Below are positions 1 through 15,031 of a DNA stretch of 64,000 nucleotides, one piece after another. The notes under the pieces were generated by a model, which made no database searches, was not told where the DNA came from, and worked only from the letters and a program-made list of their open reading frames with translations. Source of the DNA: Chrysomallon squamiferum (Eukaryota > Animalia > Mollusca); the NCBI GenBank assembly GCA_012295275.1, contig CM022670.1, positions 21,452,001 through 21,516,000 on the forward strand, read 5' to 3'. The first letter of the stretch is position 1. The number at the start of each line of letters is the position of its first letter. A program made the translations under genes and the position numbers.

Positions 1-965
<965 letters not shown>

Positions 966-1572
966 TTAAATTGTTAAATTTATTTAAGTCTATTTATTTT
1001 ACTTTATTTTTACATTTGTGAAAGTTATAAGAACGATACTGATTACTTTTCAAAGTGTAAGGACCTACATTCCTAGAAAAGCGTAATTATTTCCTATTCT
1101 ATGAGACTGCAATGTATAGTTGCAAATAAAGTAATACTTTGGGATATCGAAAGTTACAGAGATAGGAGAATGCATACAATGACCTATCAAAGGACTGTCA
1201 AAAAGACAAAGGTGTCGAAGGTCAATTAAATACAAATGGAAACGTACAAAATAATAATAATAATAGTAATCGTTAGGAATCACTATTCTATACTTCATCT
1301 TCAAAACAAAGGTAATTACTTATTTTTAACTGAACCGATTAATTTGTCTCCAACGAGTCCAAGTTTTCCGAGAAAAACAAAATGGTTGTTTCAACGAATA
1401 AAATTATAAACGTTTCGTAATTGATAAATCCAAACAGAACGAGAAAACTGTTGAAATACACATCAGTTACATATTCGTAAATGAAATTAACTAATTTACA
1501 ACAGATTTTGTTAACAGTATATCACAAAATTTGACCAAATCCATTTTATACGTCGCAGACAAAAAACAAAAA

Positions 1573-1582
1573 CAAGATGGCG
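1573..1582 (+). promoter_or_regulatory. YY1-type motif in polyubiquitin intron 1
   Basis: CAAGATGGCG matches the YY1 consensus and lies in the promoter-proximal intron. Confidence 0.45.
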
Positions 1583-1749
1583 TCTCAACAAAAATGAGCG
1601 CAATATGGTGTATGAAACAAAATTCGTTCAGTTATTGTTCATTCCCGTGTGTTTGTTAAAAAGATCCACTACAATTTCATAACCCAAAATAATACTCTTC
1701 ACTTTAAAATGTTTATACACAATGATCGGCAGAATTAAGAAGAAATTAC

Positions 1750-1811
1750 CTTTTTAGGCAAACGATTTTGCACTTCTGCTACTTTTCTTCCGCGTCTTTG
1801 TAACGAATAAT
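1750..1811 (-). other. Polyubiquitin non-coding exon 1 (5' UTR), followed by intron 1749..950
   Basis: Minus-strand donor AAG|GTAATT at 1750/1749. Acceptor TTTTTCAG ends at 950, 8 nt before the ATG. Inr-like TCATT at 1813-1809. A 5'UTR intron just before the ATG is typical of polyubiquitin genes. Confidence 0.75.
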
Positions 1812-1857
1812 GAAACGAGAACGTCCTGAGGTCTATATAAGAAAGAAAATGACGTCA
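1809..1857 (-). promoter_or_regulatory. Polyubiquitin core promoter: Inr, TATA box and CRE
   Basis: TATATAG on the minus strand starts at 1839, about 28 nt upstream of the Inr A at 1811. Perfect CRE palindrome TGACGTCA at 1850-1857. Confidence 0.7.
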
Positions 1858-2190
1858 GTTTTTATATTTAGAAATTACGATGACTGGCTCATTACATCGT
1901 TAAGCTATTTAAATAAGAGGAAATTAAATGCGTAACAACTTAAAAATAAATATATTATTATTTTATTTTTTTTTTCTCCTAAAACCTTTCCGAATACATT
2001 ACGCCATTATAGTTAATCTTTAATCAATCTGGGGGAAAAAAAATAAAATAAAAAATAAACGTATCAGAAGAAGAAGAAGAAACAAAAGAAAAAATACATT
2101 TACATTTACAAATTATTTATTTACCTATAATTTTCTATATATATATATTACGTATTCAATAATTTTGATTTCGGTTTCGACATAATTATT

Positions 2191-2193
<3 letters not shown>

Positions 2194-2266
<73 letters not shown>
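2194..2266. repeat. (CT)n microsatellite
   Basis: Perfect dinucleotide run. Confidence 0.95.
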
Positions 2267-2268
<2 letters not shown>

Positions 2269-2459
2269 CAGATTACATACATATATTTTATGTGCTTATT
2301 TTCTAAATAAAGTTGAGGTTTGGTTTGTGTTTGTGTTCTTTGTTTTGTGTGTGTGTGTGTTACTGAATATCTAATATTTATATATCTGCTTATTTTTTCG
2401 TAAGCAGAGAAAAGTTCAATATTTATTTCATTTCACTTAATTTACTTTATTTATTTCTT

Positions 2460-2490
<31 letters not shown>

Positions 2491-2780
2491 TTATTATTAT
2501 TATTATTATCTGTCGACGGTATGAAATCGTCGAGCAGTTTCTTAATAAACTAAAAAAAAAAAAAAAAAAAAATGCAAATAGGTCCCATATCGAATTATAC
2601 TTGAATTACTAAATAATATTAGAATGGATGTACATGTATCTGCATTCAGTCCTAAATTACTCTCGCTTTTGTACCAGCAGGTGAGTCTTGGGCAGAATTT
2701 CTTTTCTGCGATTACTTATTTGCTACACATGCAGATACATATGTATGTGCTGAATGAAATGACTGCTAATTAAAGAACTA

Positions 2781-2789
<9 letters not shown>

Positions 2790-2843
<54 letters not shown>
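2790..2843. repeat. (CA)n microsatellite
   Basis: Perfect dinucleotide run. Confidence 0.95.
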
Positions 2844-2845
<2 letters not shown>

Positions 2846-3609
2846 TTTGTCATTGCAAAATGTCTGCTTTTCTTGGGGGTTTTATGTGATTTCGGCATAG
2901 TCAGTAATATTAAATCTGATTGAATCGACATAATTATAATAAATTTTCATTAGCCATTGTCAAAAATAATAATAATAAATAAATAAATAAAAATTATGTA
3001 TGCATACGAGTGTGTGTCGCTATGCTCTGGCTAATGGTAACATAATCATACGTTCTGTTCAGACAAAGGGTACATAATTTCATGTAGATAAGTTCCTATA
3101 TGTATTTTGTGTTAATAATAATAATAATTAATTCATTAATTAATTTATAAAGTAAAATTTAAATAAATAAATGCATTTTATAAAAAGAAAAAAGAATAAC
3201 ACTTTATATAAAACAAACGAAGATCACATAAAGAGAGATACAGCTTTAAACTAAAACAAAACAAAATGTCTCAGTACATTCCTATAATATGTACATTTGT
3301 ATATACCATTATTCCGCATATCTTTCTTATAATTTGCTCTATTCAGATCGCTACTAATAGGCTGAAGTCAGTGGTTCCTTGAAGAAAGCTGGAAACAGCT
3401 AATGGTGTTGTCATTTGATATAACGACAAAAGGATCATTGACGGATTAAATATAATGCAGTACAGATAAACAGAAATACAGTAACCACTGATAATAACAG
3501 ATTCGACACTTTAAGTAAATGTTATTTCGAAATTTTGAAACTTATTAAATAAAAAAGTCGTAAATAGATGAAATCTATATTATTATATTGGTAAACAGTC
3601 TTGTTATTT

Positions 3610-3642
<33 letters not shown>

Positions 3643-4023
3643 TTGCAGTATAAATTCCAAATTGCACGCGCAATATGTTGGTAAATACTTTTTAACATGA
3701 GCATTTCTTTCACAACGTTTTCTAACGCTTGGCTGAAGTACAATACTTTTATTTTTAATTGTGTATTTATTTGTATTATTTTTTTAATTTTAATTTAAAA
3801 TCTTTTTTTATGAAATATGTTAGATATTTGTTCTGAATACCCAATTTCAATATTCTGTACAATATAAAATTATTCTGAGTATGAGTTTCTAGAATATATA
3901 GAAAAAGTTCCCCATATCCCCTTTTTCTTCTAAAACGTAACCCCATCTCGTGTCCTGCCGTATGTAGCGTACATTTTACACCAATGAAATATTTCGTACC
4001 AAAGTAACCGGCTGTAAATGTAA

Positions 4024-4042
4024 CCAATCGCAGCTATCCACG
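4024..4042 (+). promoter_or_regulatory. ER stress response element (ERSE) of calnexin
   Basis: Exact CCAAT-N9-CCACG (CCAAT cgcagctat CCACG), just upstream of the presumed calnexin exon 1. Confidence 0.85.
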
Positions 4043-4049
4043 TTTTGCC

Positions 4050-4125
4050 GTTTTGCTCATGTGTGGAATCTCCATTGAGATAGAAGCGTGTGTGGTCAAT
4101 TAATTTAGAAAATAGAAGTGAATAG
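4050..4125 (+). other. CANX: Calnexin non-coding exon 1 (start approximate)
   Basis: Strong donor TAG|GTAAGT at 4125/4126 downstream of the ERSE. The matching acceptor ttgcag ends at 7061, 1 nt before ATG 7063. Confidence 0.6.
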
Positions 4126-6304
4126 GTAAGTATATTTTGAAAAGCATATGAGCGATATCTTTCATCATTAGTAAATTTGTATTCGGTTATTTAATCATAC
4201 AATAGCGAAACGCAAAATGGCTATTTATTTTTATCATGAAATAACGAAAAGATTTACCAAGCTTTGAAGCTGTCTTTACGGTAAGGGAGACAACTTACAT
4301 TTGGTTTTAGTGCTGATATAATTGGCTGTAAATTATTTTCTCCCATCTAACTTACTGTTCATTAAATAATATAAAATTATTTGATGGAATAATTTTGTTC
4401 ATATTGTATAGTTTATTATTTAAAGCCAAATCACTATCTTGAGTTGCATATGTTTCATGTGATATCACTTCGTAAACGATTCAATAATTCATTGTTCAAC
4501 GTATACTACATCAACATGATCAAGTATATGAAAACTTCAAAAATGATATTGATAATAATATATTAAAACACTTAAAAAATTAAAATGATAGTACCTATTA
4601 TTAGGTAGTTTCATAGCAAACTAAACAAATTACATTGTTAAATGTTCTTAATTTAGACAAAGATAAAAAAAAATCGTACAAAAAATACAATCAATAACAA
4701 TTTGAATTGATAGTGGATTCCTCCTTGGATCAAAAGTTATTTTCAATTTAGTTACAGAATTTTTTTAATTATTGTGGAAACTGACTATAAAAATAAATAA
4801 ATAAAAACTTTTTAATATGTTCCTTGTATTCATCTTTTAATTTAAAATAAAACTTAATTAATTTCATATTTTGTTGTTACTCATTAAAACCTGATTTAGA
4901 GCCATCGTTTTTCAGTTTTTGTGTGAGTTTTTATAACTGAAAAAAAAAAAGTTTTGTTAATCCTTATAAATTTAATATTATCACTAATATATAATTAAAC
5001 TGAAACTGAATTCATATTAAGTTAAAATCAAATTAAATAAAAATAAAATTATTTGTTTTATAAACAGAGGACATCACCTAATGAGAATTCCAAAATTGGT
5101 TGAATGATCTTGCTAACTGTGCTTAGCATTATTCTTAATAACTATACTGAAAATCATTATAAAAGAAAATAATTGAAAGATAGTTATGCTCCAACAGTTT
5201 CCTGTTCTGGGGTATTACTGAAATACTTATTTTTTTTATTAATTACAACATCATCACAAAAATATATTTGATATTAGATTTTTACATAGATTGTTTTCTA
5301 CTTTGTTCGTAACAGAATAGGTATATGTCCCATGTTAATGAATTCATTTTTTTTTAGCATGGACAGGTTGAATTTAGATCTTTTGAACTGACTTTTAATA
5401 CTCAATTTACTAAACAAATGTCAAATTCTAGATTTTGTCATGAAAAATAAATTATTTATCAATAAAAGTATTATAAATATCTTCATTTTTTTTGAAATAA
5501 GCATTGTTCAGTCAAGCCTCACAATTCAGCTGCATCATTGATTATGAAAACATTATCTGAAACAGTAAATAAAACACTGTTATGAGGTTTCAACCTTAGC
5601 AGTAGCCTGGGGTATTTTCACCACTGATATCTTCTACACGATATCAGGATTCTAACCCTGGTAGTCTGCCTGTGCCACTTTTTTCCTGCCTGTCGAATTT
5701 TCATCTACATCTGAAACTTAATGTATATTATGTATGTACTTTCCTGGCACAAATTGCTATAACAACTAACAGTGTTTATTGCCTCTATGAGATCAGGTAT
5801 ATTTGTTGAAATAAGTTTATTTGTCATTTTCTTTGTAGACTTATTTAAAAAGTTGGTAATGCTCATTTTGATAATGGTAGTACCATGACAAGTATTTGAT
5901 TATTATTTAAAAACAAAGCTGAAACACCACTAACAAAACCACTGAAAACAGAAACAATAGAAACAAGAAATATCTAAGTACTTCATGGATATGAGAGAAG
6001 AGCACAAATCTGTCAGTGCCACTGATAGTGACTAATCACAATGACTTCAACTGATAAACTGACATCTAGCCTTTACATGTTCTAAAAAATAAATTTTTCT
6101 TCAATATATTTAATTAGTGTATGTGTGTGTAAATATATAATTTTGTAAATGCATGTCTTCCAATAATGTGCCTATGATAAAACTATTTTATGTATAAATA
6201 AACAATCTTAATTTTTAAATATTAGTCTTTCTTTGAAATTTATTTTGGTACTAATAGTTTTTACTGCAGGCTTTCATGTTTTATAACGTGATAGCCCCAT
6301 TAAG

Positions 6305-6670
6305 TTACAGAACTGGTTACCCTATGCCATACGATTGAATTTTAAAAATAATTTAGTAACGATTTTGTATGTTTAATTGGCAATCATATTGGAACGGAAA
6401 AATATGGTACAGAGTTTAATTTGATACTTTTTTCTTGATACACTATAGTACTAAAAATACATTACAAATAATGTGAAAAAAACATTAAATTACAGAACTG
6501 GATACCCTATGCCATACGATTGAATTTTAAAAATAATTTAGTAAAGATTTTGTATGCTTAATTGGCAATCATATTGGAACGGAAAAATATGGTACAGAGT
6601 TTAATTTGATACTTTTTTCTTGATACACTGTAGTACTAAAAATACATTACAAATAATGTGAAAAAAACAT
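6305..6670. repeat. Tandem duplication, 2 x about 185 bp, in calnexin intron 1
   Basis: ttacagaactgg..ccctatgccatacgattg...aaaaaaacat occurs at 6305 and 6490 with few mismatches. Confidence 0.9.
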
Positions 6671-7062
6671 CTGTTTTTAAAGTATGAATATTTTATTGCA
6701 TAATGTTTGCATATTATTAATATTTAATAATAACACAGGCAAATAATTTTAAATATATCACAAACAGAACATATAACTTATAAGAAATATAGTCCAAAAT
6801 TTAGGTTTTAGGTTCAATGTGGTCTACAGAATCCATCTTTACAACCTTCTTTCTTTCGAAACTATTGATCAGACAGAAAAGACTTGAGTCGCTGGGAAGG
6901 GAATTGGCCTGGGATTCTGTATTAGCCCTAAGTTTTTATAGCATTATCCAGGTCAGTTTTCTTTCTGTTGACACCAGATTTTTTGTTTGATCCATACATT
7001 GCAGATATAAAGATACAAAAATTATGAACAGATGTATATGAAGATGTGTTTTACATTGCAGA

Positions 7063-10000
7063 ATGCGGTTTTACAATTTACTGCTGTTATGTCTGGCAGG
7101 CCTGCTGCTCTTCGTAGGTTTGACACAGTGTGACACATCTGATGATGATACAGAACTAGAGCCTGAAGATGAGGATGCACCTAAAGAAAAGGTGGTTAAC
7201 AATATAATTATACATGGTTATGTAATTTTAATTTTTTTTTTTTTTTTGTTTGACAATGGCTGTCACTTTTTCTTGTTACAATAATATTCTATGTTATCAA
7301 TTATCAGTGATCTGCCTTTTTTTTTTCCTTTTATATAAATGTACAATAACTAAATATTTAAATAAATTTTTTTATTTGTTTATTTATTTTATATCCAAAC
7401 AGCACATTTTAGAGGACAGAATCCCTCCACCTTTCTTCTCACAACTGAATAAAGTTATTTTTTAAAACAGGACAACTGTTTTCAGAGTTTATTTTATTAT
7501 TTCAGGCACATTATATAAAGCCAGAACCAAAAGGAAACACATTTTTCTATGAACCTTTTGACAATATTGATGAATCAAAGAAAAGGTAATTAATATTTCT
7601 TCCTTTTTTATTTTTTTTGTTTTTTAAATTGAATTATTTAACTTTAATTTATTATTATTATTTTAATTAACTAGTCTTTACATTTGTTAATTCATGTAAA
7701 ACTCCTTACACGATGGTGATAAGTTACTGCAACATCATATTGTAATTTCAGCTGTTACATTTAAGACGTAAAGAAGTTAATGAAAATGCAAATAATAGTC
7801 AATAGTGTTAACTGACCTGAAAGCAGAATGCTATTAGTATTACTTAAATCATTTTTAAGAATAAGTAGCATTTACGGGTCTTTGGATTGTGCTTTCAGTT
7901 TTTTAGTTTTACCTTTTTTTTCTCTCTGTTTATAGATGGGTTCAGTCACAGGCCAAAAAGGAGGGAGTGGATGAAACACTTGCTAAATATGAAGGTATAA
8001 TAATAATGTTGAACTTTTGCTTTAGTTTAAATTAAAAATATCAAGTGTGTATAAAAACACTTTAAAAACAATTTATAATAATAATACCTTTGTTGAAAAA
8101 AAATTAAAAAAAAAGAATTCTGCCATTAATAAATATAAAACTGTATTTGTAAATTTATATCAAACAAAGTCCAGCAAACAAACATAATTGTATAAAATAC
8201 ATTTTCAAAATAGCTGAATTAATTTAAGAATGAAGACTGACAACATCATCAAGCTATTATTTTCCCACAGTGCAGATGTTAAGTTCTGATTATAAACCAA
8301 CATATAGGAACGGTAATCCTTTAAAATAGTTAGTTCTGCATAATCTGTATGCAGTTCACATAAGTTACAAAATATAAGACAGAAAATATAACATTTTAGC
8401 ACTGTCTTAACCTGTGTTACATGGCACCATAATTTCAATAGGTTAGATTCAGCATTTGCTTATAAATGTTCTAAAAAATGTGGATATTTTTTGTCCCCAC
8501 ACTTGTAATTTATGTTATAAATTTTAATGGTGATAAAATACATAATTGTTTATTGCTAACAGGTCAGTGGGAGATAGAGGAAGCATCAGACTCTACATTA
8601 ATTGGAGATATTTCACTAATTCTTAAGGTAAAACACATAGACCACAAAAAAGAATTCTTACAAAGGCAGTAAATCAAAAAGTATTATAAGAACAAAAGGA
8701 ATTCCCAAAAGCATGACATGATTGTCTGTTATTGGAAACAAAGAAAATAAAGAAATGAGCCATCTGCATGACATGTGCACCAAATTGTCAATTAGTTATG
8801 TATGTTCATCATTTATATGATTAAGAATACTCAGTGCTGACAGGAATTCTCCTTTATTCAGAGTTGAAATGTTAAATCTAGTAAAATCCATGCAAACAAA
8901 ATTGTGTTTTAATTTCAGAATTACTAAATAACCTTTGTTTAATAAAATAATAAAAAAAAAAAAACTATACAAATAAAACAGTTGTACACATTTCTGTGTG
9001 AGCAAGGGTTGAAAATGCAGAATTTTTTATATTTTTTATAATATATACAATTAAAATTATAATATGTATTGATGTCTACTTAATTTTTTGTTTTTTAAAT
9101 TCAGTCTTTGAAAAAGTATTATTACATAAGGCATCAACTTTAAATTCAAATATTTTCATTATATATTTCAATTTATGCATACATCTGGTCAGAATACATA
9201 TATTGTAACACATGCTCATTTTCATTTGTTTATCATATGACATTTCAGGTTAAAGTGCAGTAAATGTAGAGGTGTATTTTTCATTTCATAGTTAGTGTAT
9301 TATAAATGGAATATTTAAGACCGATACCACTACAGAAATAGTTAAGAAATACATGTTCAAAACCTGTTAAAATAGATAAATCATAACTTATTTATTCATT
9401 TTGTTACATGTTCATAGACATTCTAATGGTTTATTCAATATCAGTTACATAGAAATATATATGGATCAAAAAAACTCTCACATAATAAAATTAATCAATT
9501 TAATGTCAAAAAACCATATAAATGATGTTATTTATTTTTTTTAGTTGTGTCAGTGCACCTATGTCTGTAAACATTCTGTCAAAATATATATATATAATAC
9601 TTGGTTCAGTACTTTAATACTTTAGTACCTCTATAGTTGGTACAACAACATAATACAGCATGAATATATATAAAATAATTTTTAATCCTGTTTTATACCA
9701 GTCTAAAAGAACAAATAATTCATAATTATGTCAATTTCAGTTGCTTTTTGCTTTTCTGAATCAGATTTTATTTTTTCTTGTTTGCTTTTTTTAACAGTTT
9801 ATTATGTTGTTACATTCGTTTTTTTTGGTTTTTTGGTGTTTTTTTTTATCTCTCTACCTCTCATTTCAGTCAAAAGCCAAGCATCATGCCATTGCTGCCA
9901 AACTGGACAAAGTTTATGAATTCAGAGGAAAGCCGTTTATAGTTCAGTGAGTCAGTTTATAACATTACATTTTAATATTACTCCATGTTGCCTGGATACA

Positions 10001-13000
10001 TATCTTCATGTTACATTTTTCTTTACAGCAATGTCATAATCAACATCATCAAAAACATCATCTTTATAATTATTATGGCTGAAGCAGTTTGCTTTTCAGA
10101 ATCATTTCTACTCAGGAAATCAGTTTTTTCAGCTCCAAGCACAGCGTCACCAGTTATTTACAGAATACCAATATTATTTCTTATTTTTTAAAGGTATGAA
10201 GTTCGTTTTTCAAATGGACAAGAATGTGGTGGAGCATATATTAAACTGCTGTCAAACAGTCAAAACCAATTCAGCTGGTAGGTTTTAAAAATTATTGTTA
10301 AAGAATATTTTGAATGAAAATACAGAAAAATAATTTTTAAATTCCTTTTTATTTGAATTTATTTTTTTGAACTTTTCTTGTATTGTTTCACAACATAACA
10401 ACTAGCATTTCTTTCCATGTATTGTCATTTTTAACAGTTTATTAATAAACTAAGAGAAAGAAAAGAAAATAGTTTTGATGAAAAAAAACAACTTCTAAAA
10501 TCTTAGTTTTATGCTAAGCTTTCTCTCTTCACCCAGGCAATGTATTACAAAAAAAACCCCAAAACCTGCATATTGTAGTGTACATGATGGCACTATTTTT
10601 GTTTCTTTTGTCCAAAATTATAATTCAAAAATTAAATTTTGTTATTTTGTTGAACATACAATTTTAAAAATTATTTTATTGATTTTTCTTCTTTTTTTTT
10701 CTTTTTTTTGTCATGACTACTTTTTCATAATTTTATTTAATTTTTTTTTTTTCAGACAACGTTTAATGACAAAACTCCATATACAATTATGTTTGGACCA
10801 GACAAATGTGGAATGGACCATAAGGTATATATATACATTTAGTTATTATTAACCAATGCAAATGTTTTTAACCCACTTTTTAAGATTGTACAATTGTACT
10901 GGCAAAAAAATATACTTCTGTTTTCACATAGTTACTGAACCATTTATCCATTAGGCTTGAGCTGGAAGTGTTAGGATTTTTTATTCAGCCATTTTTAAAA
11001 TTTAAAACATGTTAATGTTCTAATTTGGTCTTTCAGTTTTGCACCTTTGAGACGGGCATTTTTATAAACCTAATTTAAATTTTGCTTGGAAAGTGTTGAG
11101 TAATGTTATGTTTTTAAACATCACTTTAAATATACAGTTTTCTTTTTCTCTTTAGTTTGATGTCATATATTACTAATTTGTTTTAATTTCTATTTGTTTG
11201 TTTTTTTAGTTACATTTTATCTTCAGACACAAACATCCAAAAACCGGTGAACATGAAGTGAGAATTTTCTTTAATTCTTCCTACCTCCTTTTTCTTTCCT
11301 TATTTAATTGCTAGACTAGGTAAATCATTATTTGTTGCATTTCTTTCTGTTGTGGCAGCAACTTACTGATAAAAGTAAATTATCCTTGCTAACATAACTG
11401 TATTTATGTCACGTTAAATGTTTTGCAGGTATTTCTTTGTGATTTGATCACCTGTAGTTTTTATCATGCCAATTTATGGAAAATGCTTTAATTTTATTCC
11501 ATTCTTATTATTTTTTCTTTTTTTTTTCCAGGAAAAGCATGCCAAAAAACCCAGTGAAAATATTGAGAACTACTTTAAAGACAAGAAAACCCATCTCTAT
11601 ACCCTCAGTAAGTTTTTTATGTCCACACAAGCTTATAAGCCATGCCTTTGGCCCATAAAGCTAAGACCGTGAATAAGGGTGTATAATAATTAAAAAGGAA
11701 TTTTAGTGAGTAAATAATTTATTGAAATAAACAATATAACAATTGCAGTCAGTAAGAGTTCATTGAATGGTAGCAGGGTATAAAACGTTCTAGGTTTTTC
11801 CCATTGTGAGGATAGAGTAGGTTCTTTCCACATCCAGTTCAAAATCAAAGGATAAAATAAAAACAGGTTACAGGAATTTTTTAATTTTTTTTTTTTCTTA
11901 ATTACACTTTTCTGTCTGTTGAAATAATTAGACATTTGGTTTAAAAGATATTAAGATGTGTACTGCTTTAACATTATTCTGTGCAATATGATGCCATCTA
12001 ACCCAACACATTATGTTATTAAATTAATGTAAACCATCAGTGTTGGATGGCTGAAGCCAGTTGTTGGACACTGCCAACTTTGAAGTCTCGATTAGTCCCA
12101 ACAGGTGTTTGACTCTTTTGTCACTATTTTCTGAAAGCACATTCATGCATTTTATGTGTAATTAGAAATATAGATAGATATTCATATGTATGTATATATA
12201 TATATATATGTGTGTGTGTGTATAGACAGTGAAACCCCTCAAAACCAGACATCCACGCGACATTGAAGAAATGTCTGATTTTTAGTACTCTAAGGATGTT
12301 CCAATTTGTCAGAAGTAGATTGTTGACAAATTTTCTTCAAACTAAGCCAAACAATTTTATTCTTAGTTGTTAAATAAAATCTGCAAAGATAAAAGGCAAC
12401 AACAAAGACCACAAAAAAAAACACAAAAAAAAAAAGGGTTCAGACAACTGGAAAAACTGATTGAATTCCTAGTTCCAAATTAAAGGATTTTCCATAAATT
12501 GTAATAAATCAATAATAACTGACATTGGTGTGACTGGTTTTCTGAGATAAAATTTGGATTAAAGGAACACATAAGGATTTCTTGTTTAGAGGAGTAAATT
12601 TTGGTATTAAATTGTATGCAAATAACATTATCGTATAAAACATCCAGTTTTTATAGAATTCTGATTTACTGAGGGGTTTCACTGTATAAATCCTGTTCAT
12701 ATAATATGTCCATTAAACATTCTTTGGAATATTTTTACATATTATTCATAAATTATGAAATACAATGATACAAATACTCTTTTATTATGACACAAAATAC
12801 GTATGATAGTGTATTTAAACTGACAGCTGTTAATGCAAGGTTAGCCTTTTGACAGTTTTACTGGCAGGTTTTTTTTTTGTGGGGGGAACATATTTTTTAC
12901 ATAAAAAATTTAAACTGTACAATTATCAACTTACTGACTTTATACAGCTCTTTAATTATGAGACAAAAAGTATAGAGACTGCACAAGACGCTGAAAATGA

Positions 13001-14986
13001 AAACTGTCAGCAACTTTGGGTATCATGTTTTTAAAAATAGCCATATATGATGAGGACATTTTTTTTTTCATTTGATCTTGAAAATAACATTAGAAAATAA
13101 ATAGTATATTTTAGAATGTCAGTCTGAATGCATTAGAAAAAATATGTCAAAATGTTTGTGTTATTTTATTTTTATTACTTTAAAATCATTGGTTGCTTAA
13201 TAGTAAATGATACTTCAGGACTAAAATTCATAGCCAAGTTTGCATTTGAAATACACTAAAATATTTGTTCTCTTAGAAAGCGTTTGAAATTTAAATGGTA
13301 AATCAATCCTGAATTTTGTAAAAATATGATAATATATTTACTGATTTCGATTTATTTAATAAACATAATTCGTTTTGCCAATACTGGATTATTAGTAATT
13401 TAATCCATGAATAATACTGATCAATAACAGATTGTAATATGCATGAACGACCAAGTTAATAAACTGTTTCACAATATTAATCAGATATGCTATAAAATAC
13501 AATATACTGAGTTTATTCCCCAGTGCTGATTTATTGCTTTACGTTTGAATGTTGTTATTAGCATGTTTATAATCTATATTTTGATCTATTGCTTTGTTTT
13601 GTATTGTATTCTCAATACATTTTGTCATGAGGTCAATACAGAATGATTAGCCATGGTCAAAATAAATTTAAATATTCTTATTCATTTATTGCAATTAATA
13701 ATGGATCACTATTCATTTTATATGCTAATTTTGTATTTTCAGTTGTGTATCCTGACAATACCTATGAGATTCTTGTGGATAATACTGTTGTTAATTCAGG
13801 AAATCTGCTGACAGACTTCAAGTAATTATATATTTCTTTATTATGGTAACATAATTTTACTGTTGGTGACCAGTTAAAATTTTAAAACTTTTACATAATT
13901 TACCACACTGACATATTACAAATTAAATTTTAAAATGATTGAAATACATTTTTTTAAAAAAAGAAATATTTTCAGTGTAATAACAAAGATATTGGTAAGC
14001 AGGAAGGAAAGAAAATAATAGAACTTGTATGACTAATGTAACAAAATATTTTAAAAAATAGTAAAATAGGTAAACTGTTTATTCTACTAGTGTAATACTA
14101 TAAAATTAATATCAAATATTAGTTTATTTTTAAGTTTTTGTTTTTAGATATTTTTATTTCAATTTATTTAATTTTTATTTCAGCCCACCTGTTAACCCAC
14201 CAAAAGAAATTGAAGATCCTAATGACAGGAAACCTAGTGACTGGGATGACAGGGAAAAGTAAGTATCTAAATGTATATACATGCATGCATGTATGCTTAA
14301 AAGACAGTTGTGTTGTATTTGTATTTGGAAAATATATTGTATTTCAAATAATTTAGAATCTTCAGTGTGTATATATGTGTATCTGAATATATGTAAATTG
14401 AGAATAATAATAAACATAAATCTAAAGAAAATCATTAAAAATAGGCAGTGTTAAATATATTCTCTTTATACAGTTCTCAATGTCAGTCAGAAAGGTATAT
14501 ATAAACAATTATTTTATGCTAGTTGGCTAAGACTGGACTTTTGGCTTTTTCACACTGCATCATAAGTAAGTTCAGTTCCTGCCTGAAGTTCAGATTTATT
14601 TATTATCAGTGTTTATACAGCAAATATTACTACTTTTTTGTTTTACATTTTATGATTTTAATTTTTTTAAGTATCACTCTGTACTTACAATTATCATAAG
14701 ATGCATATTCTGAAGCAGAATACTGACATGGATGTGATTGATTCATTGGGATGTTCTACATTCCATGGAAAGGTGCAGTTAAGAGATAAGGGTATCTACA
14801 GCCTGATGGCATTTAAACATATACTATGTTTGGCACTTAAATAAATGTTTAATGTGTTTTGATTGTTTTTGTAGGATTCCAGATCCTGATGCAATAAAGC
14901 CTGATGACTGGTGAGTACAACCAGCAATCATGAAATAATAAAAACAATAAAAAAAAATGTTCTTAAAATGTTACTGTTGAACCATG

Positions 14987-15031
<45 letters not shown>

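Noticed and set aside
1860-2050. Heat-shock elements expected in a polyubiquitin promoter
   Set aside because: I found no convincing triple inverted nGAAn array.
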